Source of the DNA: Eledone cirrhosa
Lineage: Eukaryota
Assembly (NCBI GenBank): GCA_964016885.1
Contig: OZ024747.1
Coordinates: 61,876,001-61,940,000, forward strand
Reading direction: 5' to 3'
Length of the DNA: 64,000 nt
Shown: positions 1-19,221 of the stretch, one piece after another
Position numbering within the stretch: the first letter of the stretch is position 1
Layout of the letters: every line of letters starts with the position of its first letter
Notes under the pieces: generated by a model
Told to the model about the DNA's origin: nothing
Seen by the model: only the letters and a program-made list of their open reading frames with translations
Database searches by the model: none
Position numbers and translations under genes: made by a program

Positions 1-199
1 GAGAAGATAGGATGAGGTAAATGAATAAACGAGTACTATAGAGTGTATAATGCCCTTTAAAGTAAGGTAGATGGGTATATTTTAAAGAGGTGTATGTATA
101 TGTGCCTTTGAGAAAAGATTCTAAATTGATAAAGAATTGAATATTAACTGTATACTTTGTGAAAAGTTCTATGGAATTTATGAAGGCAGATGGAAAACA
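1..199 (-). mobile_element. Inverted 5' segment of a truncated Penelope-like copy (continues beyond window start)
   Basis: 1-199 is the reverse complement of about 1271-1469 (ORF end and start of 3' UTR). Inverted 5' segments are typical of PLE insertions. Confidence 0.9.
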
Positions 200-209
200 T
201 CTAACCATC

Positions 210-2754
210 TAAATCTAACCATCCTACCAATATCAAGAATGCTATAGTTAATAATATTGGAAATAGAATATCTAACATATCTTCTAATAAAAACATCTTT
301 GATGCTAACGCCAATTACTATAATAACGCACTTTCTAAAGCTGGCTATCCAGATAAAATCAAATATAATAAAGAAACAAATTCTAGGAAAACTTACAGTA
401 GAATATTTAATCATAACCATTCCAATAATTTTAATAAAAGACCTAGATACAAAAACATAATCTGGTATAATGCTCCTTTCTCCATCTCTATTAATAACAA
501 TATTCCTAAATTATTTTTTAGTGCCTTAAATAAATGCTTCCCTCCCTCACATATCTATAGTAAAATATTTAACAAACACACCATTAAATTTTCGTATTCT
601 ACATCCTCCAATATTTCCAACATCATTTCTAAACACAACAACAAAATATTAAATACTAAATCTCTTCCTTCCAATATTGAATCTCATAATAACAATAATA
701 GTACTCCTGACGTCATTGTAAACCCTAGGCTAACTTCTGTAAACCCAAATGCAACGTCAAACACAACTTCGCTAAATGTTCATAATCCAACTCTAAATCA
801 AGAAACTATTATTCCTATTATTCCTATCGCAAACAACTTCTCCAATCCAATTCCTTCTATAGATAACACTAGATCACTCATTAATAATCTCTCTAATTGC
901 AACTGCCGCATTAAAAATAAATGTCCTCTCAACAACCATTGCCTCGATAAAAACTTAATTTATGAATGTAAAATTATAACTAGCACCAACTCCTTCACCT
1001 ATTTTGGCTCCACTTCCACCTCTTTTAAAGCTCGTCTCTATAATCATCATTCATCTTTCAAATACAAACTTAAAAGAACTAACACTGCTCTCTCAGAACT
1101 CATATGGTCCTTAAAAGACAAAAACATTAAATATAACATCTTTTGGAAAAAGATTTCTTCTGCATCCTCGTACTTGAACAGTTCTCTATCTAAAATCTGT
1201 AATCTCTGCCTAAATGAAAAATTTACCATTATCTCTAACCTAGAATCCATAATAAATAGACGCTCGGATTTGTTTTCCATCTGCCTTCATAAATTCCATA
1301 GAACTTTTCACAAAGTATACAGTTAATATTCAATTCTTTATCAATTTAGAATCTTTTCTCAAAGGCACATATACATACACCTCTTTAAAATATACCCATC
1401 TACCTTACTTTAAAGGGCATTATACACTCTATAGTACTCGTTTATTCATTTACCTCATCCTATCTTCTCGTAAAACAATAACATTTGTTTTTGACATTTT
1501 GAATATTCATCCGCAATCATTATTATTTTTTTTTTTTTTTTTTTTTTCCCTCTATCATAAATCTTTTTAATCTCAATTTCATCCTTAATTTATTATTATA
1601 TATATTTTTTTTAATATATACTCATATATTCTTTAAAATATACCCATCTACCTTACTTTAAAGGGCATTATACACTCTATAATACCCGTTTACTCATCAC
1701 CCTCATTATATCTCTTCGTAAAACAATAACATTTGTTTTTGACATTTTGAGTATTCATCCGCAATCATTATTATTTTTTCTCTCTATCATAAATCTTTTT
1801 AATCTCAATTTCATCCTTAATTTATTATTATTATTTTTTTCTCCCCATCAACGAACTCATTATTAATACATATGAATTCAATATAAATTTTTCTCAAATC
1901 CTATACATAAACTTTTTCTCTTTGCTAATTTTAAGATTCCTACATTTCTCCTTTTGAATATTCACCCACAATTATTATTTTTTTCTCTCTATCTCCATAC
2001 ATAATCTCCCTTCGTTATTTTTTTCTCTCTATCTCCATACATAATTTCCCTTCGTTAATTTTCAAATTCCTTTAATTTATACATTATCTTCCAACGGTTC
2101 CCAACCTCTCTATATTAAAACATTATATCTTTTTCTCAGTTATAAAAACTATCTCTTTCTCTCTATCACCCATCTCTCCCTTTCCACCTTCACTCTCATC
2201 TCCTCCCTTTTTTTCATCCTTTCCACCCCCACCCCTCCCTAAATATAATATATTTTTTCCTCGCACATATCCTCCCTTCGTTAATTTTCAAAATTTTTAA
2301 TTTATACAGTATCTTCCAACGGTTTTCAACCCCTCTATATAAAATATATCTCCTCTCTGTTATAAAAACTATCTCTTTCTCTCTATCACCCATCTCTCCC
2401 TCTCATCTCCTTCCCTTTTCATCCTTTTCTCTCCCCCCCTCTCTAAATAAAATATTTTTCCCAATATCACACATCAATCTAAAACCACTTTTCATATGTT
2501 GATTTAAAACTGCACTATCAACAAGTGTTTTTTTAGCCTTCATATCATGTTCTCCTGTTTTATCTGATGAAAACACAAATATTATTGTTTGATGATGTTT
2601 GTTTTTGAAATGCGCATAATAAAATATATTGAACTCCTTTAACCATCTTTTGATCTTATATTATGCATACTCCAGTCCCACAAACTGTAGAGTGCTTCTT
2701 ATCCGATATCTGCATTGCTTTATTGTACTACAATAAAACTCACCTCCTACATTT
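210..2754 (+). mobile_element. 5'-truncated copy of the Penelope-like element (thumb, linker, GIY-YIG, 3' UTR, pseudo-LTR)
   Basis: Near-identical to 10499-12941 with a few substitutions (e.g. T661 and G751 differ). Ends at CTCACCTCCTACATTT directly against a (TA)n tract. Confidence 0.93.
2558..2624 (+). ncRNA. Minimal type I hammerhead ribozyme in PLE pseudo-LTR
   Basis: Stem I TTTTAT/ATAAAA, core CTGATGA at 2564-2570, stem II AAACACAAATAT..ATGTTTGTTTTT, GAAA, palindromic stem III ATGCGCAT, AUA cleavage triplet. Confidence 0.88.
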
Positions 2755-3108
2755 ATAAATATATATATATACATATACACATATATAAATATATATATAT
2801 ACATATACACATATATAAATATATATATATACATATATAAATATATACATATATAAATATATATATATACACATATATAAATATATATACACATATATAA
2901 ATATATATATATACACATATATAAATATATATATATACACATATAAATATATATATATATACACATATAAATATATATATATACACATATAAATATATAT
3001 ATATACACATATAAATATATATATATATACACATACAAATATATATATATACACATATAAATATATATATATACACATATAAATATATATATATACATAT
3101 ATATATAT

Positions 3109-3169
<61 letters not shown>

Positions 3170-3202
3170 CACACATATATATATATATATATATACATAT
3201 AT
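2755..3202. repeat. (TA)n/(TACA) microsatellite
   Basis: Direct inspection; source of spurious Y/I-rich ORFs. Confidence 0.95.
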
Positions 3203-3355
3203 CCAGTGGGTGTAACTAGGAGTTACTGCAGGTTCACCCGGGTGAGCACTCGATGTTTAGGTTCACTTCTGTGATGATGTGTAGAGCTATACAGAGTGTA
3301 AAATATAGAAAGGATAAAAAGGACGATTGATTATTCCTTCATTGCATTTATTGAT

Positions 3356-3442
3356 AGGTGACGCGCGTTTCGCCACTGATCAGCTCAAGGTTCGATCTAT
3401 ATCGATCCTACCCGACTCAATAATCGGCAGCTCGACGGACCC
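3356..3442 (-). ncRNA. Variant hammerhead-like RNA (core CCGUCGA, branched stem II)
   Basis: Minus strand reads GGGT-CCGTCGA-GCTGC[internal hairpins]GTGGC-GAAA-CGCGCG-TC-ACCT, followed by AATAAA. A tail runs to the TA tract at about 3203. Confidence 0.55.
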
Positions 3443-4402
3443 TCTTAAAATGCTGTAAGAAAATGAAATACATGCTATGTGGTAAAGTCAGAGTTTCAAG
3501 AGTTTGACAAAATGAGTTGTTTTGATTGGTGGGAAGGATCAAGGCGATGTACTGGCCTGTAGTGTATATGGGGGTGGGTGTGATGGTGAGATGTTGGTGA
3601 CGGTCGGTGGATGAGGTGGGCTGTGGTGTGGTGGTGGCGGGTTGGCCTTGGCGTGTAGAGTATGTGGGGGTGGATGTGATGATATGGTGGTGGTTATGGT
3701 TATTTAGTGGGATGGGCTGTGGTATGAGGTTAGTGGGTGTGGTAGTGGTGCCGTTGTCTATGGTAGCGGCGTTTGTGGTGGTGTGGTGGATGTATTGGTG
3801 GCGTCAGGTCCTTACATAGATACATAGCTAGACGCTCTTGGTCTGACAGATACCTTGTATATACTTATACGCACACACATATATGTATATATGTGCACAT
3901 ATATTGTTGTATAAACACACACAACATAAAACACATACGCACATCCTTGCCCACACATATCGGCATACGCTCACACACAGCCATATGTATATGTACACAC
4001 ATGTATGTGTATGCGCGCATGCGGACACGAATATGGAGAGTGGGGGAGAATCGGTGGGGGTGGCGAACGACAGAGATGGGGGGAAGGTGAGAGGCAATGT
4101 AGAAGGTGTTTTACTTATATACATACATACACACACATATGGGTATGGGCACATGGACTCACACATGTATGCAAGATATACACACACACATATATATACA
4201 TATATATATATACACACACATGTACCGACAACACACACATATATGAGCTCACCTACACAGTCAGATTTACCCATATACATATATGTAGACGTACACATAC
4301 ACACACATACATATATACACACACATACACATATATATATATATATACACACACATAGACATATGCATACACATGTGTTCACATACACACACATACACCT
4401 AA

Positions 4403-4460
<58 letters not shown>

Positions 4461-4462
4461 AT

Positions 4463-4970
<508 letters not shown>

Positions 4971-5013
4971 ATGAAAGTAAAACAAAGAAGCCTTCAATAC
5001 ATCAAAAGTCTTT

Positions 5014-5058
5014 ATTAGCCAACAATGTTTCGTCCTATTAAGGACTCATCAGGGCAAT
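5014..5058 (-). ncRNA. Hammerhead ribozyme (inverted copy)
   Basis: Reverse complement of 6470-6514. Confidence 0.8.
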
Positions 5059-6469
5059 TAAAACAACAAGAAGTATTATCGGCCAATACAAGCCGAAAAC
5101 TCCGAAGAATATGGAGTGTACATACACTAAAGTATTGCAAGATTATGGGTAAAAATATATAATAAAAATCACTAAGGAGGTGTATAACATTTAGAACCAT
5201 ATTACAAATATATGATTTTATGCTCCTTTGTATCCTCCATACATTTCTTCATTTCTGTCCCTATTAGCCTACCATAATTCTGCTTAAGTCAGTTTTTTAG
5301 ATATCGTTATGTAAATGATAGTAGAAAATTTCATCCCTTTATATATGTATTTGTAGTGAAATATTAACGTTTATAAATTTTGATTACTTAAACCATAGCT
5401 AATATTGTAATGCCTTATTAGATATTTTAAATATTTTCAATATTAATTTATCAAATAGGGTTTTCGAGTCATTTACCGGGGTTGTTTCCGAAATTTTTAC
5501 TTAACTGCATGTGAGACCTAAGTACATACTTTTGTTTTTGTTTTTTAATTTCCGGTTGATTCTATTTTTTTATTTATTAATACTACTGTGCATTGGCCCT
5601 TACATATATGTCTGTTTACCAACCTTGTAATTATAAGTAATTATATATTATATTATGTTAATTATTTTATATTGTATTTGTTATTGTACTATCGATCCTT
5701 ATTACTTACCGTTGATTATATGTACCATTGTGATATGTTAAACTTTATATATCATGTAAGATGTTTATATTTTTGTACCATCATAATTTTGGGTATTTTA
5801 CAATTTATATTTTTTCTCACCTACTCTGTAACTCTATATGAATTGATTTGTTAACTTGCATGCCATTATATATATATATATATTATATATGTTATTATAT
5901 TATTATTATAGTATTATTGTGACACCTATATTGTTTGTGTAAATTAACCGGAGATTATCTATTATATTATATAGTATATAATTGTATAGTTTATTATATG
6001 TGCTACTTATACTTATAATCATATCATATTATTACCTCATATATATTAGATATACGTATTATTATTATTTTTATTCCTATCATGCTTATTTATATATAAA
6101 CTCTTAATAAGGTTTAATTTGTGCTGTTGAAGATGGATATGTGTATTGATGTATGTGTATGTGTGCGTACGTGTGCGTACATATATACATATGTATATTG
6201 TACCTTTTAATTTTTATTGTAATTTTAATATTGTTACAGGTATATTATATTATATTATATGGTATTATATATAATTCCCGCTCTTTGTTTAGCTCTAGGT
6301 TTTTTTTGCTTTGGACTATATTTGTAATATGGTTCTAAATGTATACACCTCCTTAGTGATTTTTATTATATATTTTTACCCATAATCTTGCAATACTTTA
6401 GTGTATGTACACTCCATATTCTTCGGAGTTTTCGGCTTGTATTGGCCGATAATACTTCTTGTTGTTTTA

Positions 6470-6514
6470 ATTGCCCTGATGAGTCCTTAATAGGACGAAA
6501 CATTGTTGGCTAAT
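6470..6514 (+). ncRNA. Minimal type I hammerhead ribozyme
   Basis: GCC-CTGATGA-GTCCT-TAAT-AGGAC-GAAA-CATTG-TT-GGC then AATAAA; GUU triplet. Confidence 0.85.
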
Positions 6515-6660
6515 AAAGACTTTTGATGTATTGAAGGCTTCTTTGTTTTACTTTCATAATTCTTCGGCTCTGTTTAATTACATTGAGCTATACCTGTTAC
6601 TGTCATTTCTATAATACGAAGAGGGTGTCTAACTCCAACACGCTCCAGTATTTTAATCCT

Positions 6661-9097
<2,437 letters not shown>

Positions 9098-9212
9098 TGC
9101 TTTATTGTACTACAATAAAACTCACCTCCTACATTTACTTGCTCCTTAACGGTTGAGCGCTTACTCTCATATTGGATACCTTTTGATGGTCCTTCACCTC
9201 TTCTTCTACAAC

Positions 9213-11615
9213 ATGGATTATTACAACATAACCAATTCTACTAAAGACATTCCTATACCTGGTAAATCTGAATTCACCAAACTTCTTATTGAAAAAACTG
9301 ACTCCTCCGTAAGAAGACTTAGATGGACAGCCTATTTCTATGACCAGCGCCTAAAAGGGAACTTTCATACCAAAGAACACAACTTCCTCGATCATCTTTT
9401 TAATTCCAGACGAAATCCTCCTTCCAACAAAAATCTAGCACAATTCGAGGAAGAATTAACTAAAATTATAAAAAATCTTAAATTCAAGAGATACCCTTAC
9501 AAAGGACAAGAGCACCTTGTAAATCTCAAGAACACAATCTCTAACCTAAATTCCTCAAAAAATGTTTTAGTCCACTCTGACAAAACCAATAACCTATATG
9601 GTATTTCCAAGGATAATTATAACAACCTTATCCTAAAGGAACTTAGGAAAAAGTATCGTAAAACCAACCATGAAAATTTAGAATGCATAAACCTTGAAGC
9701 CTATGAGATTATGTCAAAACTTGGCATTGAAAAAAAGACCGAACCATTCCTCCCAAGAACTCCGAGGATAAATCTCAAGGATCACAAAAACAATTTTCGC
9801 ACTGAGCTACCTGTTAGATTAATCGCCCCCTCTAAATCTGATCTGGGGGTTGTTAGTAAAGCCATCTTGGATAGGATTATCCCACAGGTTAGTTCTAATT
9901 GCTCTTCTTTAAACCTAAATTTATGGTTTGGTACTTCTGAAGTGATTGGCTGGTTCAACAAATTGGATAATAAAAACAAACTAAAATTTATTCAATTCGA
10001 TATTGCCAGCTACTATTCCTCCATTTCGCCTTCACTTCTCAATAATGCTCTATCTTTCGCACTTAAATATTCTGACATCACCACAGATGAACTTCACATC
10101 ATCCTCACCGCACGTAAAACCATCCTAGAGTTCAACAACGAATATTGGACCAGAGCCGATACCTCTAACAACTTCGACATCACAATGGGAGCATCCGATT
10201 CATCCCAATTGACTGATTTAATTGGTATCTTCATTTTGAACTCTTTGAGTCGGAAAATTCCTCAACTTCGCGGTGGAATTTATCGTGACGATGGACTCTT
10301 TACTATCCTAAATTGCAATATAGTTAAACTTAATATTATTAAGAACAATATACGTAATCTCTTTAACCAACATAACCTAAAAATTGAATTTGATAATAGT
10401 ACCAAACTAGCTAATTTCTTGGATGTATCTCTTAATCTTGACACTGGCCTATATTACCCTTACCATAAAAACAATGAGAATCTTAATTATGTTAACTTTA
10501 AATCTAACCATCCTACCAATATCAAGAATGCTATAGTTAATAATATTGGAAATAGAATATCTAACATATCTTCTAATAAAAACATCTTTGATGCTAACGC
10601 CAATTACTATAATAACGCACTTTCTAAAGCTGGCTATCCAGATAAAATCAAATATAATAAAGAAACAAATTCTAGGAAAACTTACAGTAGAATATTTAAT
10701 CATAACCATTCCAATAATTTTAATAAAAGACCTAGATACAAAAACATAATCTGGTATAATGCTCCTTTCTCCATCTCTATTAATAACAATATTCCTAAAT
10801 TATTTTTTAGTGCCTTAAATAAATGCTTCCCTCCCTCACATATCTATAGTAAAATATTTAACAAACACACCATTAAATTTTCGTATTCTACATCCTCCAA
10901 TATTTCCAACATCATTTCTAAACACAACAACAAAATATTAAATACTAAACCTCTTCCTTCCAATATTGAATCTCATAATAACAATAATAGTACTCCTGAC
11001 GTCATTGTAAACCCTAGGCTAACTTCTGTAAACCCAAATACAACGTCAAACACAACTTCGCTAAATGTTCATAATCCAACTCTAAATCAAGAAACTATTA
11101 TTCCTATTATTCCTATCGCAAACAACTTCTCCAATCCAATTCCTTCTATAGATAACACTAGATCACTCATTAATAATCTCTCTAATTGCAACTGCCGCAT
11201 TAAAAATAAATGTCCTCTCAACAACCATTGCCTCGATAAAAACTTAATTTATGAATGTAAAATTATAACTAGCACCAACTCCTTCACCTATTTTGGCTCC
11301 ACTTCCACCTCTTTTAAAGCTCGTCTCTATAATCATCATTCATCTTTCAAATACAAACTTAAAAGAACTAACACTGCTCTCTCAGAACTCATATGGTCCT
11401 TAAAAGACAAAAACATTAAATATAACATCTTTTGGAAAAAGATTTCTTCTGCATCCTCGTACTTGAACAGTTCTCTATCTAAAATCTGTAATCTCTGCCT
11501 AAATGAAAAATTTACCATTATCTCTAACCTAGAATCCATAATAAATAGACGCTCGGATTTGTTTTCCATCTGCCTTCATAAATTCCATAGAACTTTTCAC
11601 AAAGTATACAGTTAA
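9213..11615 (+). CDS. PLE reverse transcriptase / GIY-YIG endonuclease polyprotein (about 800 aa)
   Basis: Uninterrupted ORF with STKDIPIP N-terminus, SDK and KDHK motifs, RT motifs [21 protein letters not shown] and FLDV. A CNCx5CPLx3C linker precedes GIY-YIG-type [25 protein letters not shown]. Start ATG 9213 is inferred; the frame is open from 9153. Confidence 0.93.
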   Translation: MDYYNITNSTKDIPIPGKSEFTKLLIEKTDSSVRRLRWTAYFYDQRLKGNFHTKEHNFLDHLFNSRRNPPSNKNLAQFEEELTKIIKNLKFKRYPYKGQEHLVNLKNTISNLNSSKNVLVHSDKTNNLYGISKDNYNNLILKELRKKYRKTNHENLECINLEAYEIMSKLGIEKKTEPFLPRTPRINLKDHKNNFRTELPVRLIAPSKSDLGVVSKAILDRIIPQVSSNCSSLNLNLWFGTSEVIGWFNKLDNKNKLKFIQFDIASYYSSISPSLLNNALSFALKYSDITTDELHIILTARKTILEFNNEYWTRADTSNNFDITMGASDSSQLTDLIGIFILNSLSRKIPQLRGGIYRDDGLFTILNCNIVKLNIIKNNIRNLFNQHNLKIEFDNSTKLANFLDVSLNLDTGLYYPYHKNNENLNYVNFKSNHPTNIKNAIVNNIGNRISNISSNKNIFDANANYYNNALSKAGYPDKIKYNKETNSRKTYSRIFNHNHSNNFNKRPRYKNIIWYNAPFSISINNNIPKLFFSALNKCFPPSHIYSKIFNKHTIKFSYSTSSNISNIISKHNNKILNTKPLPSNIESHNNNNSTPDVIVNPRLTSVNPNTTSNTTSLNVHNPTLNQETIIPIIPIANNFSNPIPSIDNTRSLINNLSNCNCRIKNKCPLNNHCLDKNLIYECKIITSTNSFTYFGSTSTSFKARLYNHHSSFKYKLKRTNTALSELIWSLKDKNIKYNIFWKKISSASSYLNSSLSKICNLCLNEKFTIISNLESIINRRSDLFSICLHKFHRTFHKVYS

Positions 11616-12843
11616 TATTCAATTCTTTATCAATTTAGAATCTTTTCTCAAAGGCACATATACATACACCTCTTTAAAATATACCCATCTACCTTACTTT
11701 AAAGGGCATTATACACTCTATAGTACTCGTTTATTCATTTACCTCATCCTATCTTCTCGTAAAACAATAACATTTGTTTTTGACATTTTGAATATTCATC
11801 CGCAATCATTATTATTTTTTTCCCTCTATCATAAATCTTTTTAATCTCAATTTCATCCTTAATTTATTATTATATATATTTTTTTAATATATACTCATAT
11901 ATTCTTTAAAATATACCCATCTACCTTACTTTAAAGGGCATTATACACTCTATAATACCCGTTTACTCATCACCCTCATTATATCTCTTCGTAAAACAAT
12001 AACATTTGTTTTTGACATTTTGAGTATTCATCCGCAATCATTATTATTTTTTCTCTCTATCATAAATCTTTTTAATCTCAATTTCATCCTTAATTTATTA
12101 TTATTATTTTTTTCTCCCCATCAACAAACTCATTATTAATACATATGAATTCAATATAAATTTTTCTCAAATCCTATACATAAACATTTTCTCTTTGCTA
12201 ATTTTAAGATTCCTACATTTCTCCTTTTGAATATTCACCCACAATTATTATTTTTTTCTCTCTATCTCCATACATAATCTCCCTTCGTTATTTTTTTCTC
12301 TCTATCTCCATACATAATTTCCCTTCGTTAATTTTCAAATTCCTTTAATTTATACATTATCTTCCAACGGTTCCCAACCTCTCTATATTAAAACATTATA
12401 TCTTTTTCTCAGTTATAAAAACTATTCTCTTTCTCTCTATCACCCATCTCTCCCTTTCCACCTTCACTCTCATCTCCTCCCCTTTTTTTCATCCTTTCCA
12501 CCACCCCCACCCCTCCCTAAATATAATATATTTTTTCCTCGCACATATCCTCCCTTCGTTAATTTTCAAAATTTTTAATTTATACAGTATCTTCCAACGG
12601 TTTTCAACCCCTCTATATAATTATATATCTCCTCTCTGTTATAAAAACTATCTCTTTCTCTCTATCACCCATCTCTCCCTCTCATCTCCTTCCCTTTTCA
12701 TCCTTTTCTCTCCCCCCCCTCTCTAAATAAAATATTTTTCCCAATATCACACATCAATCTAAAACCACTTTTCATATGTTGATTTAAAACTGCACTATCA
12801 ACAAGTGTTTTTTTTTTTTTAGCCTTCATATCATGTTCTCCTG

Positions 12844-12909
12844 TTTTATCTGATGAAAACACAAATATTATTGTTTGATGATGTTTGTTTTTGAAATGCG
12901 CATAATAAA
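12844..12909 (+). ncRNA. Minimal hammerhead ribozyme in PLE 3' pseudo-LTR
   Basis: Same motif as 2558-2624 (CTGATGA at 12850, GAAATGCGCATA). Confidence 0.85.
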
Positions 12910-12945
12910 TATATTGAACTCCTTTAACCATCTTTTGATCTATAT

Positions 12946-13145
12946 NNNNNNNNNNNNNNNNNNNNNNNNNNNNNNNNNNNNNNNNNNNNNNNNNNNNNNN
13001 NNNNNNNNNNNNNNNNNNNNNNNNNNNNNNNNNNNNNNNNNNNNNNNNNNNNNNNNNNNNNNNNNNNNNNNNNNNNNNNNNNNNNNNNNNNNNNNNNNNN
13101 NNNNNNNNNNNNNNNNNNNNNNNNNNNNNNNNNNNNNNNNNNNNN
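12946..13145. other. Assembly gap (200 N)
   Basis: Run of N. Confidence 1.
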
Positions 13146-16477
<3,332 letters not shown>

Positions 16478-16783
16478 TGAAGGCTAAAAAACACTTGTGG
16501 ATAGTGCAGTTTTAAATCAACATATGATATGTTGATTTAAAACTGCACTATCCACAAGTGTTTTTTAGCCTTCATATCATGTTCTCCTGTTTTATCTGAT
16601 GAAAACACAAATATTATTGCATGATGATGTTTGTTTTTGAAATGCGCATAATAAAATATATGGAACTCCTTTAACCATCTTTTGATCTTATATTATGTAT
16701 ACTCCAGTCCTACAAACTGTAGAGTGCTTCTTATCCGATATCTGCATTGCTTTATTGTACTACAATAAAACTCACCTCCTACA
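16478..16783 (+). mobile_element. Solo PLE pseudo-LTR with short inverted 5' arm and intact hammerhead (16590-16656)
   Basis: 16478-16527 is inverted relative to about 16528-16575. Contains TTTTAT-CTGATGA..GAAATGCGCATA-ATAAAA and ends CTCACCTCCTACA plus TA repeat. Confidence 0.9.
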
Positions 16784-17026
16784 TATATGTATATATATAT
16801 AATGAATATACCCAAAGCTATGTATATATATGTAGTGTTCAGTTTGGAGACTGGGAATTCCGGATATTAAGCTTGCAAAGTAGCTATAGTTTATGCAATA
16901 TATATACGTGTTAAATAGTCTCTCTCTCTGTGCGTGTGCGTGTGTGTGTTTAATTTGTTGGGATACAACAAGCAAAATATTTTCATGACTGATATAAAGC
17001 ACTCAAATTATTGGAGTAAATATACA

Positions 17027-17302
17027 ATATATTAACAAATGGAAACTATATTTATAAAACCATGTTTATTTCACTATACATATTTCAAAGGCCACCAAGA
17101 CAAACTATGGCGCGCTTTCATCAGATAAAATATAATATAGGTTAGTTTTATCAATAAATATTGACATAGCCTGAAAAAAATGCAACCATAGGAGATTCCA
17201 ACCAGAATGGTTGCATTTTTTCAGGGTAGGTCAATATTTATTTGAAATATGTATAATGAAATAAATATGGTTTTATAAATATAGTTTCTATTTGTTAATA
17301 TA
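17027..17302 (-). mobile_element. Degenerate fold-back element with minus-strand hammerhead (17069-17130)
   Basis: Outer arms 17027-17088 and about 17242-17302, with an inner palindrome. Minus strand reads TTTTAT-CTGATGA-AAG..CTTT-GAAA-TATGTA-TA-GTGAAA. Confidence 0.7.
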
Positions 17303-17944
17303 TATATATATATATTTATACACACACATACTCTTTTTGGCATCACAGTCTATTTAACTCATCAGAGAGATGAATCTATGTCATATTGGGAGAATCTTCC
17401 AACCTACTAGACATAAACAGGTCAATGAGAGACCCTCTACATAGTCACTTGACCTGTTAGAAATAGCAGTCAAATTACTTTTTATGATTGTTACATCATC
17501 ACATATTCATCAACGTTTAATATCCACTTTTCCATGCTGGCATCTGTTAGACGGGTTATACTGTCGTGAGCAATGCTAGGTCAGGTGACCATGTCTTGCT
17601 CATACAGAACTGATTTTGACTCGGTTTCTACAGCTGGATGCCCTTCTTAGTGCCAACATTAAATGAATTTACATTAAATGGATTTTAGTTATATTAAATA
17701 TCACTGGTTTTGATTGGTATGTCAATCTTAACAAATATTACAAAAGTTTGTTATATTCTGTGAACAGTTAGAAGATACATGAATGTTCTCTCAAAATATC
17801 TTCTTATATATATGTTCTTTATGGAGAGAGTGTTGTGGTGAGGGTGGAAGTGGGGTTCCACAGCTCAGGATTCAATTAATTCACTAGAAAATTCTATTGA
17901 TTTAAATAGAAAGTTCTTTTCCTTTCAGAATAAAAATTCAGATA

Positions 17945-18250
17945 GGTGTGAACTGTAAATGTGGTCTAGTGGTAAGAGTGTTGGACTTACATTCATAATG
18001 TCATGGGTTCAATTTCTGGGTTGAGTTGTGTGTTGTGTTCTTGAGTAAAACACTTCATTTTTCACATTGCTCCAGTACCCTCAACTGATAATGAGTACCA
18101 GCAATAGCAGGGGAGAGGGGGGGTTTAACCCTGCGATGGGCTGGCATCCTGCCGAGGGGGGGGGGGGGGGGGGGGTGGGGGGTTATACTCATAGTTACTT
18201 CACGCCACAACACCAGGATAAGCACCAGCCTAATGAGCTTTCTGGCTTGA
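17945..18250 (+). mobile_element. tRNA-derived SINE (degenerate)
   Basis: A-box-like TGGTCTAGTGG, B-box-like GGTTCAATT and central TTGAGTAAAACACTT..CACATTGCTCCAGT; similar to 50798-50940. Confidence 0.65.
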
Positions 18251-18957
18251 GACAGACTTTAGAACTTTAGATCTGTGAACTGGTCAGTTCTTATGACACC
18301 AAAGTATGAGTGATGAACATGGAGTAGCAGAATGTTGCTCAGATAAAGAGAGAGTAAAACAGACAGTGAATTGGTGAAGATGGTGGGAATAACACCAGTG
18401 GTGAATTTTGAGAAAAAAAATAGAATGAGCTGGTTAGGTCAAGTGCTGAGGAAGACCAAGAAAGACATTTTTGTACTGATTCTGTCAACAATGACTTAAT
18501 ATTCCTATTAAAGCTGAACTTTTATAATTAGCCAGGCATGAGATGTGTCATACCAATATAATGTATATTTGCAGAATTAGTAGAGCATCGGGCACCCTGC
18601 TTTATGGCAGAGAGTTATGGGCCTTTACATTCTGAATTCAAATCCCGTCAAAGTTAACTATGTCTTTCACCCTTACGAGATCGATAAAATAAAGCACCAG
18701 TAATGCACTGGGTTGATTTAATTGTTGGCCTTGTGCCTAAATCAGAAACAATATTTATATAACTGGTCATGCTGGTGCCATGAAAACACACCGAATACAC
18801 CCTGTAAAGTTGTTGGCAAGAAGAAGGGCATTCAACCAAAGAAATTATGCCAAATATGCGAACATGTAGAGTGGACATAAAGTGATAGATAACCAAAAAA
18901 AAATAATAATTTACTTATTTCTATAATTAGAGAAAAAAAAGCCAACAGATAAATTAC

Positions 18958-19135
18958 CTGAGTTCCAGATCTGATATGGGAGGCCCTTTGTTAGCTACTT
19001 GTTGTGATAACATATCAAGTTCTTGTGAGATAAGGTCTGAGGACAAAGTGATTGGATCAGTGCTAATATCTTGTTCAGCCAACCATGAACTGTTGTCTGA
19101 CAATACTTCAGTTGTCGCAATACTGCTATCTTCAT
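18958..19135 (-). CDS. RIC1: RIC1 coding exon (..MLSQQVANKGPPISDLELR)
   Basis: AG acceptor 19136-37, GT donor 18956-57, phase 1 to 2. Resembles the vertebrate RIC1 segment ANKGPHKSQVQLR, recalled from memory. Confidence 0.85.
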
Positions 19136-19221
19136 CTGGAAAAATATAGAAACATGAATATTTCATTAGACAGAAGCTGGCGATTTATGGATGAAGAGTT
19201 AACTCCTTCATTACCATATAT

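Larger units (their letters stand above)
4968..6660 (+). mobile_element. Non-coding 3' remnant of a second PLE family with about 240-bp inverted arms
   Basis: 4968-5211 is the reverse complement of about 6317-6560, separated by an AT-rich spacer. A unique ~100-bp tail follows (6561-6660). TA tracts lie on both flanks and both arms contain a hammerhead. Confidence 0.8.
9098..12941 (+). mobile_element. Near full-length EN+ Penelope-like retroelement (C-terminal GIY-YIG; Hydra-clade-like)
   Basis: The 5' end 9098-9136 repeats the family 3' end (2716-2754), i.e. a partial pseudo-LTR. It has a single ORF and a long 3' UTR with internal tandem duplications and a hammerhead. Inserted in (TA)n; the 3' end runs into the N gap. 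Confidence 0.92.

Noticed and set aside
210-2660. Pure assembly duplication of 10499-12941
   Set aside because: The copies differ by several substitutions and this one has its own inverted 5' junction, so a separate insertion is favoured; long reads are needed to be sure.
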